The position numbers and the translations under genes are program-made. A DNA stretch of 20,000 nucleotides, from positions 53,302 through 73,301 of the IMG/VR virus record IMGVR_UViG_3300009784_000011; one strand, written 5' to 3'. How positions within the stretch are numbered: position 1 is the first letter of the stretch; the number at the start of each line of letters is the position of its first letter. Under the pieces are notes generated by a model, which searched no databases, was not told where the DNA came from, and saw only the letters and a program-made list of their open reading frames with translations. This document shows, in pieces, positions 1 through 8,619 of this stretch. Source of the DNA: an uncultured virus (IMG/VR IMGVR_UViG_3300009784_000011). Its lineage: Duplodnaviria > Heunggongvirae > Uroviricota > Caudoviricetes.

Positions 1-3000
1 CCGCGCGACGCGGAGTTCTCGGCAATCGGCACGCCAGGCGCCGGCGCCGACGCTGGGCTGGATGCCCAGTTCCGGGCGGTCGGGGCATTGGATGCGGTGG
101 TCGTTGCGGGGATCGCGGCGATCTTCGACGCAGAGGGCTCGTACCTGCCGCATGAGGCCGAGGTCATGCACCCCGAGTTCGGCGCCACCGGCACGCTGGA
201 CGCGCTGGCCGAACAAACTATCGACGCGCAGTTCACCGGGACGGGGTCGGCGAATGCGAGCGCCCAGGTTGGTGTGAATGCCGCGTTCAGTGCGCAGGCA
301 ACTCTTGTCATCACCAATCTCGAATCCGAGGTCATCACCCCCGATGGAACGACGAAGACCATCGTGCTGGAGAACGTGAACGACCTGGAGGACTTCGTTC
401 CCGATGGACTTCAGTCCTGCTACGTCACCCTCATCGGCGGCGGTGGCAGTGGTGGTAACGGCAACAACGCCGCTGTCGCCGGTGGTGCTTCGGGTGGTGG
501 CGGCGGTGGCCGCATCGACCGGGTGTCTATTGATCCGAGCCTGCTGGGCACCACGTTCAGCGTCGTTACGGGCGTGGGGGGCAACTCGCCCAGCGGCGCT
601 CAGGCCCACGGGATCGCGGGCAGCGCCTCCACCTTCACTTCTGGCAGCGTCGCCCTGTCAGCGGGCGGTGGTCAGGGTGGCACTGGCGGGAGCATGGCCG
701 ACCCTATTCCTGGTGGCGCGGGTGGCACCTGTTCGGCCACGGGTGTTTCGGTTACGAGCTACACGGGAGGCGCGGGGGCGGCGTCGGATACCACTACACC
801 GGCCGGGTCGTCGGCTCCCAGCACCTCGAATAACCAGGGCTCCGGCGGTGGCAACGGCAACTGCACCTCTGGCGCTCCACCCACCAAGGGTGGCTCGTCG
901 CTCTATGTCGCCGGGGGCGCGCTGGGGCAGATGCCGCCCAGTGCGGGTCTAGGCAACGGCGGCGCCGGCGGCGGCGGTCAGGGCGATAGCAACAGCGCGG
1001 GTGCCCAAGGTGGCCTCTACGGCGGCGGTGGTGGTGGCGGTGGCAGCACCATCTTGCTGGGCACGCCCGGTACGGGTGGGCCCGGCGCGCAGGGGTACGC
1101 GAAGGTGGAGATGGAAGTCTTCATCCCGGCCGATGCGACACAGCTGGACCCTGTCTCGCTCGAAAACACCAATGTCGTCAACGCGCCGGTGCCAAACTGC
1201 TCGGGCATGTACGTCACCCTGATCGGCGCGGGGGGCGCCGGTACGGTGGGTCCCGGCTCCGGTGGCGGCGGCGGTGGCCGCATCGCGCGAGTGTGGATAC
1301 CGATAGCGAGCCTGGGGTCTACTTACTCGATCACCAGGGGCCTTGGGGTCGCTGGGGCAAACGGCGGGGCCTCCACCTTCACCTCTGGCGCCGTCACGTT
1401 GTCGGCCGGTGGCGGCGTGTGGGGTGGGAGCACCCACGCTGGGGGAACCTGCGTGGTCAGCGGCGTTGCGGCCAGCAGCTATCCCGGCGCTGCAGGGAGC
1501 ACTGCTGCGGGTACAGCATCTGCGGCTGCCGGAGCCGGAGGCGGCGGTGGTGCCGGGTACACCGATGGCGGATCGGGCATCCTCTACGACAACGGGGGGA
1601 ACGCCGGGGGAAACTCCACCGCATCAACTCCCGTAGTTACGGGTGGAGCAGCGGGTCAGCCCGGCAAGGCCCAGGACCCGCAGCTTGGTGGCGGCTCAGG
1701 CGGCGGCGGTGCAGGGTCGAACGCGTATGGGGCCGCCGGGTCCGGTGGACTTGGTGGTAACTACGGCGGTGGTTCGGGTGGTTCTGGGAACAGCCAGTAT
1801 GGGAACGGAGCGTCCACGCCCGGTGGCGGCGGCTACACGCTGCTGGAATACACACCCATCGCGCCGATCAACCGCAACGTGAGGTTCACCGGCGGTGGCC
1901 AGCTCGGCTTCAGCAAGTTCGTCGCCAGCACCTACATCGCCCGGCCGCAGTTCAACACGGCGGGTCAGCTGGGCGCAGCCGTTCTCAAGGGCGCACGCCC
2001 CTCGTTCAACGCTCAGGGCAGCCTCAGTGTGGATATCAAGATCGTCCAGAGATTCGGCCTCAACGCCGCCTTCAGCGCGTCCTCGCAGCTGGCGGCGGGA
2101 ATGATGACCGCTTCCCACGCCGCGCAACTATCCACCTATACGGCCTCGGGCAGCTTTAGCGTTCCCGACTGGTGTGACGCCTACGACGAGATCGCGCTGG
2201 GCGGCGGCGGCGGCGGCCAGGGCGGTGGCGTGGGCTACGTCGCCGGCAGCGGCGGTGACCGGGGCGCCTGGGGTGCGCTCACGGTGGTACGCGGCCGAGA
2301 CATCACCATGACCAACAGGTCGGGAACCATCGCGGTCGGCGGTGGTGGTGCAGCCGGTGGTGATGGCGGCCAAGGGAGCAGCTCCACCGTCACTGCATCC
2401 GGCACATCTCTGACCGCGACCGGCACGGGTGGTGTGGGCGGCAAAGCAAGAAGCTCCTACGACAACAACAACGCGGGCCGGGGAGCGTATGCGCTGAACT
2501 GGACTAACGCCTTCGGCAGCGTGGTATCCATCGCCGGGAGTGCCGACACGGGCACGGTCGGGTCTAACGCCAACGGTCAGGCTGCCAATGCTCCCGGTGG
2601 CGGTGGTGGTGGTGGTGGCGGCGGTCTTGTGGTCAACCTCGGCAACGGCATCGTGGGCGCCGCGGGGCGCTGCTTCGTCAACTTCTATCAGACCCAGCCC
2701 CGGCCCACGATCCTGATCCCGTCCACGGTGTATTACCAGAGCACGGTCTACGCGGACAACGTACCCGCCACCTGGCAATACATGAACAACTTCAACGCCG
2801 ATGCCAGCAAGAACGGCGGTCAGACGGGCACCGATGACACGGGCAACGGCGAGTGGATCATGGCCGATACGAACATGTACGCCAATATCACCCACATCGT
2901 GCTGGGCTACGACTATCTCAACAACCTGGATGGCGGCTGGGGCACGAGCTACACCGAAGGCTGCACGGTCTACGGGTGCAACGATGCCGGGGTGGACTGG

Positions 3001-3159
3001 CCGACGAGCTGGACGCCGATCACCACCACTCCCACCTACGCCAGCACCGGCGTGCAGAACGGCCTCGTCGGTATCCGCATCAACGGGGCTTACCGCTGGA
3101 TTCTGATCGCCTCGGCCGGCTATCTCTGCCTGACCGAGTTCGAGGTGTGGCGGTCATGA
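1..3159 (+). CDS. Gly-rich minor tail/tail fibre protein, 5'-truncated by the window; C-terminal F5/8 (discoidin)-like domain
   Basis: Frame is open from base 1 (PRDAEFSAIG...). Repeated YVTLIGxGGxG...GGGGGGRI modules are typical of mycobacteriophage minor tail proteins. C-terminus EWIMAD...VYGCND...W...YRWILI...LTEFEVW resembles a discoidin fold. Lies just upstream of lysis genes. Confidence 0.85.
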   Translation, partial: PRDAEFSAIGTPGAGADAGLDAQFRAVGALDAVVVAGIAAIFDAEGSYLPHEAEVMHPEFGATGTLDALAEQTIDAQFTGTGSANASAQVGVNAAFSAQATLVITNLESEVITPDGTTKTIVLENVNDLEDFVPDGLQSCYVTLIGGGGSGGNGNNAAVAGGASGGGGGGRIDRVSIDPSLLGTTFSVVTGVGGNSPSGAQAHGIAGSASTFTSGSVALSAGGGQGGTGGSMADPIPGGAGGTCSATGVSVTSYTGGAGAASDTTTPAGSSAPSTSNNQGSGGGNGNCTSGAPPTKGGSSLYVAGGALGQMPPSAGLGNGGAGGGGQGDSNSAGAQGGLYGGGGGGGGSTILLGTPGTGGPGAQGYAKVEMEVFIPADATQLDPVSLENTNVVNAPVPNCSGMYVTLIGAGGAGTVGPGSGGGGGGRIARVWIPIASLGSTYSITRGLGVAGANGGASTFTSGAVTLSAGGGVWGGSTHAGGTCVVSGVAASSYPGAAGSTAAGTASAAAGAGGGGGAGYTDGGSGILYDNGGNAGGNSTASTPVVTGGAAGQPGKAQDPQLGGGSGGGGAGSNAYGAAGSGGLGGNYGGGSGGSGNSQYGNGASTPGGGGYTLLEYTPIAPINRNVRFTGGGQLGFSKFVASTYIARPQFNTAGQLGAAVLKGARPSFNAQGSLSVDIKIVQRFGLNAAFSASSQLAAGMMTASHAAQLSTYTASGSFSVPDWCDAYDEIALGGGGGGQGGGVGYVAGSGGDRGAWGALTVVRGRDITMTNRSGTIAVGGGGAAGGDGGQGSSSTVTASGTSLTATGTGGVGGKARSSYDNNNAGRGAYALNWTNAFGSVVSIAGSADTGTVGSNANGQAANAPGGGGGGGGGGLVVNLGNGIVGAAGRCFVNFYQTQPRPTILIPSTVYYQSTVYADNVPATWQYMNNFNADASKNGGQTGTDDTGNGEWIMADTNMYANITHIVLGYDYLNNLDGGWGTSYTEGCTVYGCNDAGVDWPTSWTPITTTPTYASTGVQNGLVGIRINGAYRWILIASAGYLCLTEFEVWRS

Positions 3160-3235
3160 TCGCGTGCTTACCGCCAAGGGCGAGATACGATCATCGCGTG
3201 GGAAATCACACCCTTGTGATTAAGAAGGATGGACG

Positions 3236-3586
3236 ATGGCCATAGCAGTAGCAACGACCCGGCAGGCGTTGGCGAACGCCTACGTCGCGCTGGGGACCTA
3301 CATCGGGGCGGCTCCTAGCGACCCCGGCACGTCTGCCACTCCGGCCAGTGAAGCCACCGGTGGCAGCCCCGCCTACGCACGCCAGGCGACCAGCTGGACG
3401 CCAGGCTCCGGTGGCAACGCCGCCGGCTCCGCGGTCACCCTCGACGTGCCGGCCAACGACTACAACTACATCCTGCTGTGCGGCGACGCAGCCGGGAACA
3501 CCATGATCGACAAGGTCAGCGTGTCCCAGGTGTCGATGAGCGGCCAGGGCCAGCTTGTCATTACACCGTCGTTCGTCATCCAGTAA
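3236..3586 (+). CDS. minor tail protein
   Basis: MAIAVATTRQALANAY...DPGT...EATGGSPAYARQ..W motif recalled from actinophage small tail proteins; AAGGA SD upstream. Confidence 0.8.
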   Translation: MAIAVATTRQALANAYVALGTYIGAAPSDPGTSATPASEATGGSPAYARQATSWTPGSGGNAAGSAVTLDVPANDYNYILLCGDAAGNTMIDKVSVSQVSMSGQGQLVITPSFVIQ

Positions 3587-3632
3587 CCCGACACTCCCGG
3601 CGCGCGTTCACGGTTAACCCGGCCACGGGCAA

Positions 3633-3644
3633 TACCGTGGAATT
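3633..3644 (+). promoter_or_regulatory. -10 element (TACCGT) for a putative leaderless transcript
   Basis: TANNNT at 3633-3638, 6 nt before ATG 3645; no SD present. Confidence 0.45.
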
Positions 3645-3998
3645 ATGCAGGTCGGGTCAGCGCGCGGCGCCTTTGGTGTCGTGGTATGGCCCGCCTATAT
3701 CGGCGTGGTCACCAGCGCCGGCGTCGAACCCGAATTCGGGTGGGACTACAACCGCGGCCAGATCCGCTGGAGCGTGTGCGACGGCGAGGTCATCGGCGAG
3801 GCCAGCGTCGAGGTCCCCGGCTCCGTCCTGGATTACACCCACGTCATCTACACGCATCACCCCACCAAGATGCCGTACTGGACGGTTCAGAAATTCTCCC
3901 ATCCCTTTCACCTGCCGCAAGGGGGCACCATCCGGCTGTCCCGGATCACTGAACGCGACGTGACACCACTACGACCCGATCCGGTGCTCCATGACTAG
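3645..3998 (+). CDS. hypothetical protein, distant paralogue of the upstream minor tail protein
   Basis: Shares the order YIG...E...YxR...W...G...VP...DY with 3236..3586. Confidence 0.7.
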   Translation: MQVGSARGAFGVVVWPAYIGVVTSAGVEPEFGWDYNRGQIRWSVCDGEVIGEASVEVPGSVLDYTHVIYTHHPTKMPYWTVQKFSHPFHLPQGGTIRLSRITERDVTPLRPDPVLHD

Positions 3999-4143
3999 GC
4001 CGCTGTGGCTCGCGCTGCTGATCGCCTTCATCGTCCTGGCGCTCCTGGCCGCGATGGTCATCCTGGACTACCACCACTCCCTGCCGCAGCTGCCGGAGCC
4101 ACAGCCCGAACCGGCTATTTACCCCGGGGCGGTGATGACATGA
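3991..4143 (+). CDS. small membrane protein (50 aa, absent from ORF track)
   Basis: MTRPLWLALLIAFIVLALLAAMVILDYHHSLPQLPEPQPEPAIYPGAVMT*; one TM; ATGA overlap with the next gene. Confidence 0.7.
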   Translation: MTRPLWLALLIAFIVLALLAAMVILDYHHSLPQLPEPQPEPAIYPGAVMT

Positions 4144-4331
4144 CCAAGGCAGGGCTCTACCTGATTCTCTGCGGGATTGTCGTGCTGATGATCGGCGCAG
4201 TGATCCTGCTCAACGCGTGCGCGCCGCCGCACCGGCCGCGCCATCTCTGCTACGACGACGCCCGGTTCTGCCCACGCGCAGCGATCCTGCACGAACAGCC
4301 CCAGCCGCTCGTCGGGTACGGGCAGCGATGA
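4140..4331 (+). CDS. small membrane protein or possible lipoprotein
   Basis: MTKAGLYLILCGIVVLMIGAVILLNAC...; hydrophobic N-terminus, lipobox-like LNAC; ATGA overlaps at both ends. Confidence 0.7.
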   Translation: MTKAGLYLILCGIVVLMIGAVILLNACAPPHRPRHLCYDDARFCPRAAILHEQPQPLVGYGQR

Positions 4332-5809
4332 CCGAGCTGAGATTGGACTACGACCGGAGCCTGGTCCCGCAGGTCACGGCCTGGTCCTGTGGAGCGGCCG
4401 CGGCCGAGATCATCTTGGACAGCCTGGGCCGCAATCCCGGTGAGTGGCAACTCATTTCAGAAATTGGCACCCACACCGGCGGCACCGATCACATCGGATG
4501 GATAGTAGATCGCAGCCTGCGCAAGCGGGTGCCCGAGGCTGACTACCGGGTCGTGGAGATGCCGCGCGACCCGCCGACCGACTCGCAGGCCGAGGCGCTC
4601 TGGCAACACATCACCCGCTCGATTAGGGCCGGCTTCGGGCTGCCGATGAACTGGGTGGTCCCGGCCAACAACCGCCCGCGCGGCGTCAAGGGCTCCATCA
4701 GTCCGGGTTATCCCGCGTCCACCACCTACCACTACGTCGCCTGCATGGGTTTCGCCGAACATGAGGCCGCCGCCAACGTGCCGGGTGGGCGCGCGGTGTG
4801 GATCGCCGATTCGGCCAACTTCGGCAACATCCAGGGATTCTGGATCAGCTTCTGGCAGTGCGCGACGCTGATCCCGCCCAAAGGCTACGGCTGGGCCGCG
4901 GCCTCGCCGATCGTCGTTGAGCCGCCGCCGGCGGTCGTCGCGCCGCCGGCGCCCGGTGACGTCGACCGGGTGGGGCTGCTGACCGAGCTGATGGGCAACG
5001 CGGTGACCCGCGAGCGGTACGCGGAGCTGCTGGCGCATGTGGCCGACGCGCTGGTGCGTACCGACTGCCTGACCGTCGACCGCATAGCCATGTGGATCGC
5101 CCAGATCGGGCACGAAAGCGTCGGCTTGAAATACTTCCGCGAGCTCTGGGGGCCCACGCCCGATCAGTTGACCTACCAGGGCAGGATGGGCAACGACCAG
5201 CCCGGGGACGGGCAGCGGTACCTTGGACGGGGCCCCTTGCAGGTCACCGGGAAAAACAACTACCGAAACCTCTCGAAGTGGGCCTTCGACCGCGGTTATA
5301 TCGAGGACCCGCAGCTGTTCGTGACCAACCCCGAGCTGCTGGAAACACCCGAGTTCGGCTTCATGGGCGCCATCTGGTACCTCACCGAATGGCATAACTG
5401 GTATTCGGGCCGCGAGCCGATCATGGTGATGGCCGACCGACGCGACATCCGGGGCGTCACGCACGCGATCAACGGCGGCTACAACGGGCTGCCCGACCGG
5501 GAGGGCCGCTACAACCGGGCGCTGGGCCGCGGTGATGCCCTCCTGGCACTGGTGAGCGCGCCCGAATCCGGGCAGGAACCGCCCGACCTGGAGCCCGAAC
5601 TGCCCTATGTGCCGCCCGGGCCGGAACCCGAGCCGGAATTGCCCTATGTGCCACCGCCCGGGCCGCCTACCACGATTCCGCTGATGCCATCGCCCGAGCA
5701 GTGGGACCAGATGATGGCGCTGCAACGCGAGACACTCGACCTGGTGCGCGACCTGGCCGAGGTCACCGTCCAGATCGCCGGACTGCTCACCGAGCAGGTG
5801 AACCGATGA
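4328..5809 (+). CDS. lysA: endolysin (lysin A): C39-like cysteine peptidase + GH19 glycoside hydrolase + Pro-rich tail
   Basis: QVTAWSCG...HYV peptidase motifs; HESVGL..ELWG, YLGRGPLQVTGKNNY and INGGYNGLPDR GH19 motifs; start placed at the ATGA overlap at 4328. Confidence 0.92.
   Translation: MTELRLDYDRSLVPQVTAWSCGAAAAEIILDSLGRNPGEWQLISEIGTHTGGTDHIGWIVDRSLRKRVPEADYRVVEMPRDPPTDSQAEALWQHITRSIRAGFGLPMNWVVPANNRPRGVKGSISPGYPASTTYHYVACMGFAEHEAAANVPGGRAVWIADSANFGNIQGFWISFWQCATLIPPKGYGWAAASPIVVEPPPAVVAPPAPGDVDRVGLLTELMGNAVTRERYAELLAHVADALVRTDCLTVDRIAMWIAQIGHESVGLKYFRELWGPTPDQLTYQGRMGNDQPGDGQRYLGRGPLQVTGKNNYRNLSKWAFDRGYIEDPQLFVTNPELLETPEFGFMGAIWYLTEWHNWYSGREPIMVMADRRDIRGVTHAINGGYNGLPDREGRYNRALGRGDALLALVSAPESGQEPPDLEPELPYVPPGPEPEPELPYVPPPGPPTTIPLMPSPEQWDQMMALQRETLDLVRDLAEVTVQIAGLLTEQVNR
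5588..5664 (+). repeat. tandem duplication encoding EPELPYVPPGP twice
   Basis: gagcccgaactgccctatgtgccgcccgggccg / gagccggaattgccctatgtgccaccgcccgggccg. Confidence 0.8.
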
Positions 5810-6348
5810 GCATCGAGGACCTGCGCCGGGCCGCCGAGCGACTGGCGACCGCCGCACGGATACCGCCCACCGAGGCGGCGCCCCAGCTCCCCGTCACCGG
5901 CCTGGTCGCCTCCATCCAGGAGGAGCTACTGGCCCAGCCGTGGCTGCGCGAGGTGTACCCGGGCCTGTCGGTGACGGGGATACTCGACGGCGCGACCAAG
6001 GCCGCGCTCACCGAGTTCCAGGAACGTGCCGCGCAGTTCGGGGCCCAGCTCACCGCGATCCCGCTCTCACTACCCCAGCCCCAGGCGCAAATGAGCGCCC
6101 AGTGGCAGCTGCCGCCGGTGCGCGCCGCAGCGCGTCAGCCCCGCGGCTGGTTGGCCGCGGTGATCTCGCTGGTGGGGATGCTGATCACGGTGCTGACCCT
6201 GATCACCGGCCTGGGCATCCTGTCGCCCGACGCCCGCGACGCCATTGCGGTCGTGCTGGCCGTGCTGACCCCGATCGCCGTCTTCTACGCACCAACGAAG
6301 GGAGTGTCCGATGCCGTCACGACTGAGCCGCCGCCGGCTGGACCATAG
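5806..6348 (+). CDS. holin-like 2-TM protein with N-terminal peptidoglycan-binding-like domain
   Basis: ATG at 5806 overlaps the lysin stop. VASIQEEL...GLSVTGILDGATKAALTEFQ resembles PG_binding_1. Two C-terminal TMs ending AVLTPIAVFYAP are holin-like. Confidence 0.75.
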   Translation: MSIEDLRRAAERLATAARIPPTEAAPQLPVTGLVASIQEELLAQPWLREVYPGLSVTGILDGATKAALTEFQERAAQFGAQLTAIPLSLPQPQAQMSAQWQLPPVRAAARQPRGWLAAVISLVGMLITVLTLITGLGILSPDARDAIAVVLAVLTPIAVFYAPTKGVSDAVTTEPPPAGP

Positions 6349-6787
6349 GCCGCTTTATCTCGCGGTCCTGATCGGGTTCGTCATCGACTCGGGGATCGTC
6401 TTGAGCCACGCCGCGCTGGGCACCGAGGCCCATGCGCGGCTGTCGACCAGCGCGAGCGACCTGATGGCACTGACGCTGGGCATCTTCTCGCTGGTCTGCC
6501 TGTTCGCCGCCGCGTCGGGAACTCGCTTTAGGCCGCACGCGGATTTGAGGGATACCTACCTGCTGCAAGCGTGGGCCCTGATCCCGGTGGTGCTGGCTGT
6601 CGGCGTGTTCGCTGTGGGCATCGTGGCCACCGTGCCCTGGATCGCCAACATCGAGACGGTGGTGGTGCTGATCTCACTCATCGTCGGGCTGGGCTGGACG
6701 GCCGTGCACTTCTACCAGCAGGCCCACCGGCTCACGCGCGAGCTGGTCGTCCGGGCAGCCGAGGAGGCACGGCGTGAACAGCAATAA
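6311..6787 (+). CDS. 4-TM membrane protein of the lysis cassette
   Basis: Four hydrophobic segments; GGAG SD; follows the holin-like gene. Confidence 0.75.
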   Translation: MPSRLSRRRLDHRPLYLAVLIGFVIDSGIVLSHAALGTEAHARLSTSASDLMALTLGIFSLVCLFAAASGTRFRPHADLRDTYLLQAWALIPVVLAVGVFAVGIVATVPWIANIETVVVLISLIVGLGWTAVHFYQQAHRLTRELVVRAAEEARREQQ

Positions 6788-7061
6788 CCTCATCGAAATA
6801 CTGACCCTGGTGTCGGGCATCATCGTGAGCGTCACCGGCGCGCTGACCACGATTCGCAACCGCCGGGCCAACGACACCGCACTCGGGGGCACCGACCTGG
6901 AGCGTGCCAAGGCCACCCAGGACATCGTGCGCGTCGACCAGAGTTACATCGAGCAGGCCGAGGCGATGCGCAAGGAGCTCATTCGGGTCCAGGCGGAGCT
7001 GGTGGCGGCGAGAGCCCGATCGTCCCAGCAGCAGCCACCGCCCACTTCTCCAGCGCCGTAA
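6774..7061 (+). CDS. 1-TM coiled-coil membrane protein of the lysis cassette
   Basis: GAGGAGG SD, N-terminal TM, helical C-terminus (EQAEAMRKELIRVQAELVAAR). Confidence 0.75.
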   Translation: MNSNNLIEILTLVSGIIVSVTGALTTIRNRRANDTALGGTDLERAKATQDIVRVDQSYIEQAEAMRKELIRVQAELVAARARSSQQQPPPTSPAP

Positions 7062-7212
7062 CCCGCTTGTGTAATTTGACCAGTTCAGTCCAGACCAGTG
7101 TCTCCACGCCCCAGCGCGGAGGTTTGCCGCAGGGACAGTCGATCGCCGACTCCCAGCACCAGTCTCGTGGTTCGGGTTTGCCACACTTCGAACAGACCTC
7201 GTCTTCACTCAT
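6979..7212 (-). CDS. hypothetical Cys-rich protein
   Basis: MSEDEVCSKCGKP...CPCG; start overlaps the 3' end of 7205..7390; 3' end overlaps 6774..7061 convergently. Confidence 0.55.
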   Translation of the reverse strand: MSEDEVCSKCGKPEPRDWCWESAIDCPCGKPPRWGVETLVWTELVKLHKRVTALEKWAVAAAGTIGLSPPPAPPGPE

Positions 7213-7390
7213 CGCCAAATCCTGCCAGTACCTGCTCGAAGCCGTCATCAAGGTCGGCGGGCTCCGCTATCGGCCCCCCTGGAAAACACCGGGCGACCAG
7301 CCTGCTGCGGTCGTCGGGAAAGTGAAACCAGCCCACCTCATCCGGCGTGATGAGGTGGGCGATCGGTTTCCCACAGTGCGCGCACATCAC
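7205..7390 (-). CDS. hypothetical protein (CxxC)
   Basis: MMCAHCGKPI; overlaps the stop of 7387..8037. Confidence 0.6.
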   Translation of the reverse strand: MMCAHCGKPIAHLITPDEVGWFHFPDDRSRLVARCFPGGPIAEPADLDDGFEQVLAGFGDE

Positions 7391-8037
7391 AGCTCGATCT
7401 GCCGCCCGGTCGAAGTCCGGTCGGCGATAGGGCCGGGCTGGTCGAAGTCGATGGCCCGGGCATTGGGAGCCTCGGGCTTCGGCTTCGCCAGCTCGGCGTA
7501 GGCGATCAGCACGTTCTCCAGCTGCTGGCGGGCCCGCTCCATCGGATCGCGGCCCTCGATGGAGGCATACTTCGTGTATTCCACGCGCTCGCTGTCACGC
7601 GACCGGACCGGACCGACGCGCCGGCCGAGTTCTTCGGTGCGGTACTCGGTGCGGTACTCACCCCACATGCAGGTATTACCCGGCATCTGGCGCCACAGCG
7701 GGCCCGGCTTGTCGCGCCACACCACCTCGGCGATCCCGTGGGTGCGCACCCGCTGGGTGAGCAGCGGCTCGCCGCCCCATAAACGGAACTCGTCGCGCAC
7801 GTCGGTGACCTCGACATAGAACGCCGGCGGGTTGCGGATCTCGAGATTCGACCCGTCGTTGAACACGAACGACACGCTGCGGTACTGGTCTTCGTCGAGG
7901 TCAGACACGACCTGCTCGAACAGCTCGCCACCGGCTGCGGGCAGCCGCAACTGCCACCACCACCAGTCCGGCGGCAGGAGCGATGGCCGGCCCGCGCCCA
8001 GGTCGAGCAGCGAGGAGTAGAGCGTGACCTTGGTCAT
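7387..8037 (-). CDS. hypothetical protein
   Basis: 216 aa, high-GC codon usage, part of a coupled leftward operon; contains WWWW and a 12-bp tandem repeat (EYRTEYRTE). Confidence 0.7.
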   Translation of the reverse strand: MTKVTLYSSLLDLGAGRPSLLPPDWWWWQLRLPAAGGELFEQVVSDLDEDQYRSVSFVFNDGSNLEIRNPPAFYVEVTDVRDEFRLWGGEPLLTQRVRTHGIAEVVWRDKPGPLWRQMPGNTCMWGEYRTEYRTEELGRRVGPVRSRDSERVEYTKYASIEGRDPMERARQQLENVLIAYAELAKPKPEAPNARAIDFDQPGPIADRTSTGRQIEL

Positions 8038-8043
8038 GTCGAG

Positions 8044-8247
8044 TTACCACACCTTGCATGATTTACAGAGACCGATTTCGTAGGAACCCTGGACGATCAT
8101 GGCAATAATGCCAGCGATAGCCGCCGTGGCCAAGATCGAAAGGACCAGTGTCGCGATCCAGAATAGGAAGTCCTCGCCGCCCATCGCCACCGCCAGTAGC
8201 ACGATCATCAGCACCGCCAGGACGATCCCGGTCACGAACAGGATCAC
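8044..8247 (-). CDS. 2-TM membrane protein
   Basis: GTG 8247 overlaps the upstream TGA; two hydrophobic helices; C-terminal CKSC. Confidence 0.7.
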   Translation of the reverse strand: MILFVTGIVLAVLMIVLLAVAMGGEDFLFWIATLVLSILATAAIAGIIAMIVQGSYEIGLCKSCKVW

Positions 8248-8546
8248 TCGCGGGCGCCCTGCTGCTTGACCTGATAGGCCCACTCGCGAGTGCCCTGCTG
8301 CTTGATCTGATAGATGCGGCCCATCGAGAGGCCCGCAGCTATATGGATCGGCACGGCGGTCAGGCCGGCGTCGAAGGCTTCCACGATCATTTTTTGCAAC
8401 CGTTCCTCGGCGGTGCGTACCACGCTGCGTTTGTGGGCCAGGTCAAGTGCGGCGGCCCGTAACTTTTTACACCAGGCGTCGACGACTTCGGCGCTCGCGC
8501 GGGAATGATGCGTCAGCACCCCACCCTGCCCGTCTACAATTTGCAT
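8244..8546 (-). CDS. helix-turn-helix DNA-binding protein
   Basis: LQKMIVEAFDAGLTAVPIHIAAGLSMGRIYQI is an actinophage-type HTH; TGG-CATACT extended -10 sits 7 nt before the ATG (leaderless). Confidence 0.75.
   Translation of the reverse strand: MQIVDGQGGVLTHHSRASAEVVDAWCKKLRAAALDLAHKRSVVRTAEERLQKMIVEAFDAGLTAVPIHIAAGLSMGRIYQIKQQGTREWAYQVKQQGARE
8245..8313. repeat. 33-bp direct repeat, period 36
   Basis: cactcgcgggcgccctgctgcttgacctgatag (8245-8277) vs cactcgcgagtgccctgctgcttgatctgatag (8281-8313), 3 mismatches. Confidence 0.9.
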
Positions 8547-8619
8547 GTCCGTTAGTATGCCACCACTAGTAACCCTGCCGCGATATACGATGGTGAGAAG
8601 CCGTTGGCATAGGAGCCGG

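Noticed and set aside
88..2660. PE_PGRS-like host gene
   Set aside because: No PE domain; the Gly-rich modules and gene context fit a phage minor tail protein.
2700..3159. DGR variable region at the tail-fibre tip
   Set aside because: No template repeat or reverse transcriptase seen in the window.
3612..3619. GGTTAACC palindrome, also at 13778-13785
   Set aside because: Only two 8-bp copies; too weak to call an operator.
4457..5857. 466-aa minus-strand ORF and similar long shadow ORFs (e.g. 15545..16537, 2128..2895)
   Set aside because: Antisense to well-supported genes; expected artefact in high-GC DNA.
7634..7659. 12-bp tandem repeat (and 9-bp tandem near 9040-9062)
   Set aside because: Simple in-frame slippage duplications with no evident function.
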